DNA of 63,970 bases, counting the filler, from an uncultured Gemmatimonadota bacterium (lineage in GTDB: Bacteria; Blakebacterota; Blakebacteria; Blakebacterales; Blakebacteraceae): the NCBI GenBank assembly GCA_964576115.1. It is 3 parts of 3 records of this genome, joined end to end, with 100 filler letters (N's around TTAATTAATTAA, not from the genome) between each part and the next. Parts side by side here need not be neighbours in the genome. Positions count along the whole stretch, not along the records: positions 30,490 to 60,775 come from CAZNUA010000042.1; 2 more parts are not named here. One strand, 5' to 3'. How positions within the stretch are numbered: position 1 is the stretch's first letter; each line of letters opens with the position of its first letter. Position numbers and translations under genes: made by a program. Below the pieces are notes generated by a model that saw nothing but the letters and a program-made list of their open reading frames with translations, was not told the origin of the DNA and made no database searches. Positions 37,116 through 46,998 of this stretch are shown piece after piece.

Positions 37116-38222
37116 TCAGATGAGCCGGTCGCCGGTTTGCGCTTCAAATATCCTGATGCCGGCCGGATCGGGTACGAGGTACACGGACATGCCCGCCGTG
37201 GGGTCCATTCCGCTGGTCCGCACCACGAGCAGGTTCTCTCCCGCCCGGCAGGTCACGAAAGTATCGTACCCCAGTGGTTCGATAACCTCCACCTCGGCGC
37301 GGATCGCCGCTCCGTTCGGGTCCGGCTCGTCCGCGGTCTGCAGCTCGAGGTGCTCGGGCCTGATTCCGAGACGAACGGAGAGCCCCTCAGGTTCCCGCGG
37401 GACGGTTTTTTCCGTACCGGTCACCGGCAGGTTCCAGGCACCGTCAGCGGCGGTAAACACGATCCCGCCGGGGTCGGCCAGCAGGCGGCCCGACACGAAG
37501 TTCATGGCCGGCGAGCCGATGAAACCGGCCACGAAGGCATTCGCCGGATCGGCGTAGAGTTCCTGCGGACCCGCGATCTGCTGAATGCGGCCCGAGTCGA
37601 GGACGGCAATCCGCGAACCCATCGTCATGGCCTCGACCTGATCGTGGGTGACGTAGACGATTGTGGCTTCGATCTCGCGGTACAGTCTGATGAGTTCGGC
37701 CCGCATCTGCACCCGCAACCGGGCGTCGAGGTTGGAAAGCGGTTCGTCGAAAAGGAAGATTTTCGGCTGACGCACCAGAGCCCGTCCCAGAGCCACCCGC
37801 TGTCGCTGGCCACCCGAAAGGGCTGCAGGACGCTTTTCGAGCAGACCGCCGAGGCCCAGCACCGCCGCAGCTTCGGCCACCAGGCGGTCGACCTCGTCGC
37901 GCGGCGTGCGCCGCATCTTCAGACCGAAGGCCAGGTTCTCACGCACCGACATGTGCGGGTACAGGGCGTAGTTCTGGAAGACCATGGCGATATCGCGATC
38001 GCGCGGAGGAACATCGTTGACCTTTCTGCCGTCGATGACGATCCGTCCCGCCGTGACCTCGTCCAGACCGGCGATCAGACGCAGAGTGGTCGACTTGCCG
38101 CATCCCGAGGGACCGACCAGGACCATGAATTCACGATCCTCGACGGTGAAGGAGACCCGGTCGACGGCCACCGTACCGTCACCGAAGGTCTTGCTGACAT
38201 CTTCCAGGATGAGCTGAGCCAT
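37116..38222 (-). CDS. MalK/UgpC-type carbohydrate ABC transporter ATPase
   Basis: GPSGCGKS, VFQNYALYPHM, LSGGQRQR, DEPLSNLD, FIGSPAMN. Confidence 0.95.
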   Translation of the reverse strand: MAQLILEDVSKTFGDGTVAVDRVSFTVEDREFMVLVGPSGCGKSTTLRLIAGLDEVTAGRIVIDGRKVNDVPPRDRDIAMVFQNYALYPHMSVRENLAFGLKMRRTPRDEVDRLVAEAAAVLGLGGLLEKRPAALSGGQRQRVALGRALVRQPKIFLFDEPLSNLDARLRVQMRAELIRLYREIEATIVYVTHDQVEAMTMGSRIAVLDSGRIQQIAGPQELYADPANAFVAGFIGSPAMNFVSGRLLADPGGIVFTAADGAWNLPVTGTEKTVPREPEGLSVRLGIRPEHLELQTADEPDPNGAAIRAEVEVIEPLGYDTFVTCRAGENLLVVRTSGMDPTAGMSVYLVPDPAGIRIFEAQTGDRLI

Positions 38223-38231
38223 GGCCTGTAT

Positions 38232-39596
38232 TCATACGTCGTGCTGCAAAGCGGGAACAACGTCTTTCAGAACCGGACCGACGAGCAGGTGCGAGCCGGT
38301 CACCACCACCACCCCGCGCGACCCCAGCTTCTGGCGCGCGACCGCGACTGCCGACCGGGGATCGGGGGCATCGACGACCGCGAGATTCAGGTCGGCGGCA
38401 TCAGCCAGCCGGCGGGCGGTCTGCGCCACCTCCGACGCCGGCCGCGAGCGCTCCCCCGGCCAGGTGGTGGCTACCACTCCCCGAACCCGTCCGAGCAGAG
38501 GTTCGAGAAAACCCGCCAGATCTTTATCGGCGGCCATGGCGATCACGAGCCAGAGAGGGCGCGAGCCCAAAGTCACCTCGATCCCGCGAGCCAGAGCGTG
38601 AGCCGCCGCCGGATTGTGGGCCACATCGAGCAACAGATCGGGCCCGGAATCCGAACTGTGAACGAGCTGCATCCGTCCCGGCCAGGATACTTCTGCAACT
38701 CCGGTTTCGATCGCCGCAGTCGGGATCACAAGACCCTGTTCGCGAAGCAGAGCGGTGAGGGCCAGCGCCGTGCGCAGGTTCGAGAGCATGTGAAAACCCG
38801 CCAGGGGCAGCCGCCAGTCGAATTCCCCGGGTTCGGCCAGGGCCCGGGCCCGGACGGCCGCCGGCCCCTCCCAGCAGGCTTCGCCCGCCATTCCCCAGGG
38901 GGCGACGGGACAGCCCTGCACGCCGACCAGCTCCTCGGCTCCGAACCCGGTCGTGCCCGCATCGGCGGCCTGTTCCTCGAGGATCGCCCGCACTCCGGAC
39001 GTGCCGGCGCCGAAGACCGCCGGCACGTCCCGGCGCATTATGGCCCCCTTCTCGCGGGCAATCCGGTCCGGATCCTCTCCCAGTTCCGCGACGTGATCGC
39101 GCTCGATCGACGTCACCGCCGTCAGTTCGGCCCGGCACAGACGGGTGGCGTCGAGCCGTCCGCCCAGACCGACCTCGATCACCCCCCACTCGATCCCGGC
39201 CGTGCGGAAATGCCACATCGCCGCCGCCGTAAGGGCCTCGAATGGGGTTGCCTCGAGTTCCTCGGCCGCCAGTGCGACCGCCTGCAGAGCCCGAGCCAGA
39301 TCGGTCCAGGCAACCGGCTCGCCGGCCACCGTGATCCGCTCGGTCCAGTCACAGAGATGGGGTGAGGTGTAGCGGCCGGTCCGCACGCCGGCCGCACGCA
39401 GGATACTCTCGAGGATGGCCGCCACGCTCCCCTTGCCGTTGGTTCCGGAAATGAGAACGGCCGGAAAAGCACGTTCGGGATTGCCGAGCCGGGCCGCCAG
39501 GGCCTCGACCCGTTCCAGCCCGAGGTAGATGCCGCGCCAGGCGATCGATTCGAGCCAGGTCCGGGCCCGTTCCGGATCCCAGGTCGGGTCTTTCAC
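38232..39596 (-). CDS. folC: Folylpolyglutamate/dihydrofolate synthase
   Basis: GTNGKGS, YTSPHL, EVGLGGRLDAT, WPGR, DVAHNP. Confidence 0.95.
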   Translation of the reverse strand: MKDPTWDPERARTWLESIAWRGIYLGLERVEALAARLGNPERAFPAVLISGTNGKGSVAAILESILRAAGVRTGRYTSPHLCDWTERITVAGEPVAWTDLARALQAVALAAEELEATPFEALTAAAMWHFRTAGIEWGVIEVGLGGRLDATRLCRAELTAVTSIERDHVAELGEDPDRIAREKGAIMRRDVPAVFGAGTSGVRAILEEQAADAGTTGFGAEELVGVQGCPVAPWGMAGEACWEGPAAVRARALAEPGEFDWRLPLAGFHMLSNLRTALALTALLREQGLVIPTAAIETGVAEVSWPGRMQLVHSSDSGPDLLLDVAHNPAAAHALARGIEVTLGSRPLWLVIAMAADKDLAGFLEPLLGRVRGVVATTWPGERSRPASEVAQTARRLADAADLNLAVVDAPDPRSAVAVARQKLGSRGVVVVTGSHLLVGPVLKDVVPALQHDV

Positions 39597-39597
39597 C

Positions 39598-40470
39598 TCA
39601 GATCCGGGCGGCGGCGGGATGGCGACTCTGCTTGTCGAGCAGATGGGTCAGCAGGCCGGCGATCGTCTCGCGCAGTTCGGTCCGGGGAGCGACGATGTCT
39701 ATAAAGCCGTGGTCGCGTACGAACTCGCTGCGTTGGAAGCCTTCGGGCAGTTCCTGGCCGATCGTCTCCCGGATCACCCGCGGCCCCGCAAAACCGATGA
39801 GCGCCCCCGGTTCGGCAATGATGACATCGCCGAGCATCGCGAACGAGGCCGAGACTCCACCGGTGGTCGGATTGGTCAGCACACTGAGGTACAGCCCTCC
39901 CGCCTTGCGGAACTGCGCCAGGCGAGCAGAGGTCTTGGCCATCTGCATCAGCGAGAATATCCCTTCCTGCATGCGGGCTCCGCCCGAGGCCGAAACGATC
40001 ATGAGCGGCAGAGAACGCCGGCGGGCCTGCTCGACCGCCCGGGCGATCTTCTCGCCCACCACACTTCCCATGCTGCCCCCCAGAAAGCTGAAATCGAGCC
40101 CGGCCAGGACGAGTTCGCGTCCCTCGAGGGTGATGACACCGGTCCGGATCGCATCGACCAGCCCGGTTTTTTTCTGGGCTTTGCGCAGGCGCTCGGTATA
40201 TCGCCGGGAGTCGGAGAAAGAGAGCGGATCCTTCGAGTGCATCCGGATATCGAACTCCTCGACGAACCCGTCATCGCTCAGCAGGTCGAGATACTCGTCG
40301 ACTCCGATCCTGAAATGGGAGCCGCAGTGCGGGCAGACGTAGCAGGTGGCCTCGAGTTCGCGTCGGTAGACGACCTCGGAGCACTCCTCGCATTTGAACC
40401 AGAGGCCTTCCGGCACATTGAGCTTGTCCCCCCCACCGAAAGCACGTCGGACCTTGCGGAACCAGCTCAT
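39598..40470 (-). CDS. accD: Acetyl-CoA carboxylase carboxyltransferase beta subunit
   Basis: Zinc finger CEEC...CPHC, GGSMGSVVGEK, SGGARMQEG, PTTGGVSAS, GFAGPRVI. Confidence 0.98.
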   Translation of the reverse strand: MSWFRKVRRAFGGGDKLNVPEGLWFKCEECSEVVYRRELEATCYVCPHCGSHFRIGVDEYLDLLSDDGFVEEFDIRMHSKDPLSFSDSRRYTERLRKAQKKTGLVDAIRTGVITLEGRELVLAGLDFSFLGGSMGSVVGEKIARAVEQARRRSLPLMIVSASGGARMQEGIFSLMQMAKTSARLAQFRKAGGLYLSVLTNPTTGGVSASFAMLGDVIIAEPGALIGFAGPRVIRETIGQELPEGFQRSEFVRDHGFIDIVAPRTELRETIAGLLTHLLDKQSRHPAAARI

Positions 40471-41261
40471 GTGTTCTCCCCTTTCCCGGTTCCTGCCGAC
40501 CCCTCCGGTTCCGGTCCGGAAAGGGTGTCGGGGGAAGCCGGCGGTGTCTCCATGGTCCCCAGATAAAAGGGTCGGGTTGCGACAGGATCCTCACCCCCCT
40601 CTTCGAGGCGGCGCGCCCCCAGAGTCAGCAGGTGCTCGGGAGCGGCCCGTTCCGAACCCGCAATGCACTCCATGTCGCCCGGGGGGACCTCCCCCATACT
40701 GCGCCGCAGCACGCCGACGCCCGGCCCGACCAGCCGGCAGGGCCGCGGTACCAGGCCGGGAATGGCCGCCGCCGGTGCGATTTGCAGCAGTACCCGGTCC
40801 TCGCCCAGCGCCAGAGCCGCTGTGCTGCGCCCGGCGCCCTTCTCCTGCCCCTCCCGCAGGGGTTCGCTCTGACCCGGCAGGTAGGTGACCCAGGCCACCC
40901 CCCGGCTTCGGGCGTCGTAACACACGCAGAGGGTGGCTTCGGCGGGACGGAACTGTGCCCCGAACGCCGCATACGACGGCACCCCGACACTCGGCAGACC
41001 GCGCGCTTCGCCCAAGCCCTGGGCCAGCGCGTAACCGACGCGCAGACCGGTATAGGAGCCGGGCCCGCGGTTGAGAACCAGGCCGGTCACGGCCTCGAGA
41101 TCCACCCCGGCCGAGGTCAGCAGTTGGACCGCACCTTCCAGCAGGTGAGCCGATCCGCCGGCCGAGCGGGGATAGACCATCTCTCCTATCACCGTCCGGC
41201 CGTCGGCTACGGCCAGGGCCGTGACGGCGGTGGTGGTGGACGTATCGAAGAGAAGCAACAT
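40467..41261 (-). CDS. tsaB: tRNA threonylcarbamoyladenosine biosynthesis protein TsaB
   Basis: FDTST, GPGSYTGLRVG, DARS, C-terminal PFYL. Confidence 0.9.
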   Translation of the reverse strand: MLLLFDTSTTTAVTALAVADGRTVIGEMVYPRSAGGSAHLLEGAVQLLTSAGVDLEAVTGLVLNRGPGSYTGLRVGYALAQGLGEARGLPSVGVPSYAAFGAQFRPAEATLCVCYDARSRGVAWVTYLPGQSEPLREGQEKGAGRSTAALALGEDRVLLQIAPAAAIPGLVPRPCRLVGPGVGVLRRSMGEVPPGDMECIAGSERAAPEHLLTLGARRLEEGGEDPVATRPFYLGTMETPPASPDTLSGPEPEGSAGTGKGENT

Positions 41262-41304
41262 GGTCCTCTACCGGTTCCTCTCCTCCCGCGAGCGGGGGGT
41301 TCTC

Positions 41305-44001
41305 TCAATGGGCCTGGGCCCAGGTTCTGCCCGTATCGGCATCGACGACGATGGGCACGGTCAGTTCGAGCGCTTCGGCCATGAAGCTCACGACCCGGTC
41401 GCGCACCTCGTCCACGATTTCCTCGTCGACCTCGAAGATCAGCTCGTCGTGCACCTGGATCAGCATCTCGGCCCGCACCTCATCGGTCCAGAGCCACTCC
41501 TGGATCGACACCATGGCTTTCTTGATCAGGTCGGCCGCGGTGCCCTGAATCGGCATGTTCACCGCCATCCGTTCGGCGAAGGAGCGCACCTGGGGGGCCC
41601 GCGATTCCAGCTCGGGCATGTAACGTCGGCGGTGCAGCAGGGTGGTGACATAGCCGTTGCGCCGGGCCTGGTCCCGGGTGTGGTCGATATACCGGCGTAC
41701 CCCGCTGAAGCGCTCGAAATAGTTCTCGATGAACTCCTTCGCTTCGGCGTTCGGGATGTCGAGCTGCTTGCCGAGACTGACGCTGCCCATACCGTACATG
41801 ACCCCGAAGTTGACGGTCTTGGCCTGCCGGCGCTGCACCCCGGTCACCTCGGCCAGGGGGCAGTCGAAAATGGCCGCGGCGGTGCTGGTGTGGATGTCCT
41901 CGCCCCGTTTGAAGGCATCGAGCAGGCGTTCGTCGCCCGACAGGTGGGCCATGATGCGTAGTTCGATCTGGCTGTAGTCGGCTGAGAGCAGCAGCCGGCC
42001 CTCCGGGGCGATAAAGGCATCCCGGATCCTACGCCCCGCTTCGGTCCGGACCGGGATGTTCTGCAGGTTCGGTTCCGAGGAGGAAAGCCGTCCGGTGGCT
42101 GCCACGGTCTGGTTGAACGAGGTGTGGATCCGGCCGGTGTCGGGATTCACCAGCCGGGGCAGAGCGTCGATATAGGTGCTCTTCAGTTTGGCCAGAGCCC
42201 GGTACTCGAGCAGCTTGCCGGCGATCTCGTGCTCGGAGGTCAGGTTCTCGAGCACCTCGGAATCGGTGCTGTAGCCGGTCTTGGTCTTCTTGCCACGCGG
42301 CAGCCCCAGATTGTCGAAAAGAACGAGTTGGAGCTGCTGGGGACTGTTGACGTTGAAATCCTCCCCTGCCAGTTCGTGAATACCGCTCTCGAGTTCGGCC
42401 AGATCGGCTTCGAATTCGGCGCCCAGGGCCGACAGAAGATCGAGATCGACCAGGACTCCCGACGCCTCCATCTCGGTCAGCACCGGAATCAGCGGCATCT
42501 CGATGGCATCGAAGAGTTCCCGCAGCTCGAGGGCTTCGAGTTTGGGAGCCATCTCGCGGAGCAGGCGCAGAGTGATGTCGGCGTCCTCGCAGGCGTACTC
42601 GGTGGCGGCTGCGATCTCGGTGTCCTCGAAACCGATCTGGTTGCGCCCCGAGCCGATGAGCTGTGAGATCGGGATCGTCTGATACTGCAGGTACTCCAGC
42701 GCCAGGGCGTCCAGCCCGTGGTTTCGGCGCCCGGGATTGAGCAGGTAGGAGGCCACCATGGTATCGAAGGCGATCCCCTGCATGGCGATATCTTCGGAGC
42801 GCAGCACGAGGGTGTCGTACTTGATGTTCTGCCCCGCCTTGGGGACGGTCGGATCCTCGAGCAGGGAGCGCAGCAGGGCCAGGGTTTCGGCTTCGGGCAG
42901 ATTGGGCCCTTCGGTGTGACGCAGCGGTACGTACCAGGCCGCCCGGGGGTGAATCGCCAGACTGACGCCCACGACCCGGGCCGTCATCGGATTCAAACCC
43001 GTTGTCTCGAGATCGACACACACGATCTCGGCTTCCCGGCATTGGGCCAGAACCGCCTGCAGCTCTTCGATCGAAGCGACCAGGCGGTACCGTGTCTCTT
43101 CCTTTTCGGCGGGTAGTTCCTCGCTCTCGGCCAGCAGTTCGCGCACCAGACGGGTGAACTCGAGCTCGTTGAAGAGGGTGATCAGGGCCGGGGTGTCGAA
43201 TCCATTGAAGGCCAGCTCGTCGAGTTCGACGTCGGTCTCGACCCCGGTATCGATCGTCACCAGCTCCTTGCTCAGACGGGCCTGATCGGCGTAGATCGTC
43301 AGGTTTTCCCGGACCCGGGTCTGGGTGACCTCGTCGGCGTGGGCCAGCACCTGCTCGAGCGACCCCCAGGTACTGACCAGCTTCTGGGCGGTCTTCTCCC
43401 CCACTTGGGGCACGCCGGGTACATTGTCGGATGAGTCGCCCATGAGCCCGAGCAGATCGATCATCTGGTCGGGTTCCAGGCCGTACCGCTCGCGTACGTC
43501 CTCGACCGTGAAAAGACTGTAATCATCCCCCCGGCGGCCCGGTTTGAGCATGTGGACCCGTTCGGAGAGACACTGCATGAAATCCTTGTCGCCGGTAATG
43601 AGCGAGACCTCGTAGCCCGCGTCCTGACCCTGCCGGGCCAGAGTGCCGATCACATCGTCGGCCTCGTAGCCTTCGATCTGCAGGATCGGGATCGCCATCG
43701 CCTCGACCACCTGGTGAACCCGGGGCAGGCTCAGGGCGAGATCCTCGGGCATCTTTTCCCGGGTCGCCTTGTAGTCGGCGAAACGCTCGTGCCGGAAGGT
43801 CTTGCCGGGGGCGTCGAAGATGACCGCGATGTGCGTGGGAGAGTACTCCCGGATGAGTTTGAGCAGGGAGTTGGTGAAGGCGAACGGTGCCGAGGTGTTT
43901 TCCCCCCGGGAGTTGATCAGGGGGTTCTTGATGAAGGCGAAATAGCCGCGGTAGGCCAGGGCCGTACCGTCAACGAGGAAAAGGGTTCGGGGGGTTGACA
44001 T
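41305..44001 (-). CDS. polA: DNA polymerase I
   Basis: 5'-3' exonuclease (EADDVIGT, GDSSDNVPG), 3'-5' exonuclease DLETT, polymerase ADYSQIELR, QVHDEL. Confidence 0.98.
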   Translation of the reverse strand: MSTPRTLFLVDGTALAYRGYFAFIKNPLINSRGENTSAPFAFTNSLLKLIREYSPTHIAVIFDAPGKTFRHERFADYKATREKMPEDLALSLPRVHQVVEAMAIPILQIEGYEADDVIGTLARQGQDAGYEVSLITGDKDFMQCLSERVHMLKPGRRGDDYSLFTVEDVRERYGLEPDQMIDLLGLMGDSSDNVPGVPQVGEKTAQKLVSTWGSLEQVLAHADEVTQTRVRENLTIYADQARLSKELVTIDTGVETDVELDELAFNGFDTPALITLFNELEFTRLVRELLAESEELPAEKEETRYRLVASIEELQAVLAQCREAEIVCVDLETTGLNPMTARVVGVSLAIHPRAAWYVPLRHTEGPNLPEAETLALLRSLLEDPTVPKAGQNIKYDTLVLRSEDIAMQGIAFDTMVASYLLNPGRRNHGLDALALEYLQYQTIPISQLIGSGRNQIGFEDTEIAAATEYACEDADITLRLLREMAPKLEALELRELFDAIEMPLIPVLTEMEASGVLVDLDLLSALGAEFEADLAELESGIHELAGEDFNVNSPQQLQLVLFDNLGLPRGKKTKTGYSTDSEVLENLTSEHEIAGKLLEYRALAKLKSTYIDALPRLVNPDTGRIHTSFNQTVAATGRLSSSEPNLQNIPVRTEAGRRIRDAFIAPEGRLLLSADYSQIELRIMAHLSGDERLLDAFKRGEDIHTSTAAAIFDCPLAEVTGVQRRQAKTVNFGVMYGMGSVSLGKQLDIPNAEAKEFIENYFERFSGVRRYIDHTRDQARRNGYVTTLLHRRRYMPELESRAPQVRSFAERMAVNMPIQGTAADLIKKAMVSIQEWLWTDEVRAEMLIQVHDELIFEVDEEIVDEVRDRVVSFMAEALELTVPIVVDADTGRTWAQAH

Positions 44002-44127
44002 GCAGGCAAACTACAGGGGTGTATCGGCCCGGTCAACGCCGCTTGCCGACCCCTGTTGAAGCTGGCCGAACGCCTGATTGAAGAGTATAAAAGGACAGAC
44101 GGTTACCATCAGCCGAGGAAGGTGAGC

Positions 44128-46992
44128 ATGAGAGCCCTACAGCGTATCAGGTGTGCAACCCTCCTGTTCCTGCCCGTCCTGCTCCTGGGCGTTGCGAGCG
44201 ACGTCGGTGCCCAGCAGGCCGATCCGATCCTCGGATCGTATGCGTGGCGACAGGTCGGTCCGCCCAACATGAGCGGACGCGTCTCCGACCTCGCCGTACC
44301 CCCCGGGGGTGAGGCGAGCACGATCTATGTCGCCGCTTCAGCGGGCGGCATCTGGAAAACAACGAATAACGGCTGCAGCTGGGAGCAGGTCTTCGAGGGG
44401 GGCAAGACCGCTGCGGTGGGCGACATCGCCATCGCCCCCTCGAATCCTAACGTCATATACGCCGGCATGGGCGAGCCGCACTCGCGCAACTCGATCAGCT
44501 GGGGGGACGGGGTCTGGAAAAGCACCGATGCCGGAGAAACCTGGCGTCACCTGGGACTCGAGTACACCTACCACATCGGCCGGATCGCAGTCGATCCGCG
44601 CGATCCCCAGGTCGTCTACGTGGCCGCCCTGGGCAACCTGTGGGACCGCACCAAAGGCGACCGCGGTCTGTACAAGTCAGAAGACGGCGGCCAGACCTGG
44701 AACAAACTGAAGGGCTTTGACGACGGTACCGGGTTTTATGACGTCTTCATCGATCCGAACAACCCCGACGTGGTCTGGGCCACCTCGTGGGAGAGGGAAC
44801 GCATGCCGTGGGTCTTCGAATCGGGGGGCGGCCCCAACAACGGCATCTGGAAGTCGATCGACGCCGGTCTGACCTGGGAGCGGATCGAGGGCAACGGCCT
44901 GCCTCCATCGGAAGGCAACGGCAAGAGCAGTATCGAGGTCTTCCCCGGCGATTCGGATATCATCTACGCCCGGATCGAGAGCTTCACCGAGGAGCCGCGC
45001 GAGGAAGAACCTGCGGATGAGACAGAACGCCTTCAGCCGGACGACCCACGGGCCCGCCGGCGCGGCAGCCGCAATCTGGGCGGCACCTACATGAGCCGCG
45101 ACGGGGGAGAGAGCTGGGAGCGGGTCGACCGGCGCAACGGCCGGCCCTTTTATTACTGCCAGCTCCGGATCGATCCCAACGACGCCGACACCGTCTACCT
45201 GGTCGACGGCAGTCTCTACAAGATGAACGTGCCGGCGGCCAAAGCCGCTCTTGAGGATCCCGAGGCGGCCCGGGAATCCTCGGGGGTTCAGAACATCACC
45301 GGCAACCACCATGTCGATTTCCACGCCGCCTGGGTCGATCCCACCAACTCCGATCACCTGGTGGTGGGTTCTGACGGCGGGGTGTCGATCTCGTGGGACG
45401 GGGGGCAGACCTGGGACTTCCTCGACAACCTGGCGCTGGGCCAGTTCTACGCCGTGAGCTACGACATGGCGACCCCCTACAACGTCTACGGCGGCCTGCA
45501 GGACAACGGCACCTGGGGCGGTCCGAGCGAGACTCTGACCTCGACCGGCATCCTGCTGCGGGACTGGACCTTCTTCATGGGCGGCGACGGTTTTCACGCC
45601 CAGGTCGATCCCGAGGATCCCGACCTGATCCTCTACGGCGAGAGCCAGGGGGGGAACATCACCCGCGTCAATCAGGCGACGGGCCAATCGAAGGGCATCA
45701 GGCCGCGTCTGCCGCAGCCGCCGCGCGAGGACTGGACCGAAGAGCAGCGCCGGTTCATGGCCAACCGGGGGTACGGGACGCAGTCGAACGTCATCAATCC
45801 CCCTGAAGGAGTGGGGCGAAACGATCTGCGCTTCAACTGGAGCTCCCCGATCCTGCTCAGCCCCCACAATCCACGCACCGTCTACTTCGGCGGCCAGTTC
45901 CTGTTCAAGAGTGTGGACCGGGGCGACAGCTGGCAGGTCATCAGCCCCGATCTGACCACCAACGATGAAGAGAAGTACACCGCCCGCAACCGGGGGGATT
46001 CGCAGACCGGGGCCGAGAATCACTGCACCATCATCACCATCGGCGAATCGCCGCTGATTCCTGGTCTGATCTGGGTCGGCACCGACGACGGTCTGCTGCA
46101 CGTGACCCGCGACGGCGGCACGACCTGGACCGCGGTGCGCGACAACGTGGGCGGGGTGCCCCGCAATACCTGGGTCAGCCGGGTGCGCCCGAGCGGCTTC
46201 GCGGCCGGCCGCTGTTATGTGACTTTCGACGGTCACCGTACCGGCGACACGGCTACCTACGTGTATGTCACCGAGGATTTCGGTCAGACCTGGCTCAAGC
46301 TCGGCGGCGGCCTGCCCACCGACGACCCGGCCTACGTCATCACCGAGGATCCGGTCAACGAGAACCTGCTCTATGTCGGCACCGAAAGCGGAGTGTACCT
46401 CTCGCTGGATCGGGGCGAAAACTGGCAGCGCTTCAACAACAACCTGCCGGTCGCCCCGGTGCACGACCTGGTGGTCCATCCGCGCGAGCACGACCTCATC
46501 ATCGCCACCCACGGTCTGAGTCTCTGGATCATGGATGACGTAACCGGCCTGCAGGGCCTGACGCCCGAGGTGCGGGAACGCTCTTTCGCCCTGCTGCCCG
46601 CACATTCAGCCACAGCCTGGAACCGGGGCTGGGAGCAGGTCAGCCGGGGGGACAAGGTCTTCATCGCCCCCAACCCGCCCGACGGGATCAGACTCTCCTA
46701 CTGGCTCGGCGCCCCGGCCGAGAGCGTACAGATCACCATCACCGGCATCGACGGCGAGGAGTACCGCTCGCTCTCCTCCGATCAGGAGAACGGTCCGGGT
46801 ACCGCGGCGGGTCTGCAAACCGTCCAGGTGTCCCTGCGGCCGAGTTTCCGCCGGGGGCAACGCCCCCAGCCGGGTCAGGCCCAGCCCCGGGCGCTGGAAC
46901 CGGGCACCTACCTGGTGCAGGTGACCTGTGACGGACAGAGCGCGACACAGACCGTCGAGGTCCTGCCCGACCCACGCCAGAGCGGACGCTGA
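44128..46992 (+). CDS. Exported VPS10/BNR-repeat beta-propeller protein (glycosyl hydrolase-like)
   Basis: Signal peptide; GPPNMSGRV; many S/T-x-DGG-x-T/S-W Asp-boxes; GGLQDNG; ATHG. Confidence 0.9.
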   Translation: MRALQRIRCATLLFLPVLLLGVASDVGAQQADPILGSYAWRQVGPPNMSGRVSDLAVPPGGEASTIYVAASAGGIWKTTNNGCSWEQVFEGGKTAAVGDIAIAPSNPNVIYAGMGEPHSRNSISWGDGVWKSTDAGETWRHLGLEYTYHIGRIAVDPRDPQVVYVAALGNLWDRTKGDRGLYKSEDGGQTWNKLKGFDDGTGFYDVFIDPNNPDVVWATSWERERMPWVFESGGGPNNGIWKSIDAGLTWERIEGNGLPPSEGNGKSSIEVFPGDSDIIYARIESFTEEPREEEPADETERLQPDDPRARRRGSRNLGGTYMSRDGGESWERVDRRNGRPFYYCQLRIDPNDADTVYLVDGSLYKMNVPAAKAALEDPEAARESSGVQNITGNHHVDFHAAWVDPTNSDHLVVGSDGGVSISWDGGQTWDFLDNLALGQFYAVSYDMATPYNVYGGLQDNGTWGGPSETLTSTGILLRDWTFFMGGDGFHAQVDPEDPDLILYGESQGGNITRVNQATGQSKGIRPRLPQPPREDWTEEQRRFMANRGYGTQSNVINPPEGVGRNDLRFNWSSPILLSPHNPRTVYFGGQFLFKSVDRGDSWQVISPDLTTNDEEKYTARNRGDSQTGAENHCTIITIGESPLIPGLIWVGTDDGLLHVTRDGGTTWTAVRDNVGGVPRNTWVSRVRPSGFAAGRCYVTFDGHRTGDTATYVYVTEDFGQTWLKLGGGLPTDDPAYVITEDPVNENLLYVGTESGVYLSLDRGENWQRFNNNLPVAPVHDLVVHPREHDLIIATHGLSLWIMDDVTGLQGLTPEVRERSFALLPAHSATAWNRGWEQVSRGDKVFIAPNPPDGIRLSYWLGAPAESVQITITGIDGEEYRSLSSDQENGPGTAAGLQTVQVSLRPSFRRGQRPQPGQAQPRALEPGTYLVQVTCDGQSATQTVEVLPDPRQSGR

Positions 46993-46998
46993 CGCAGC

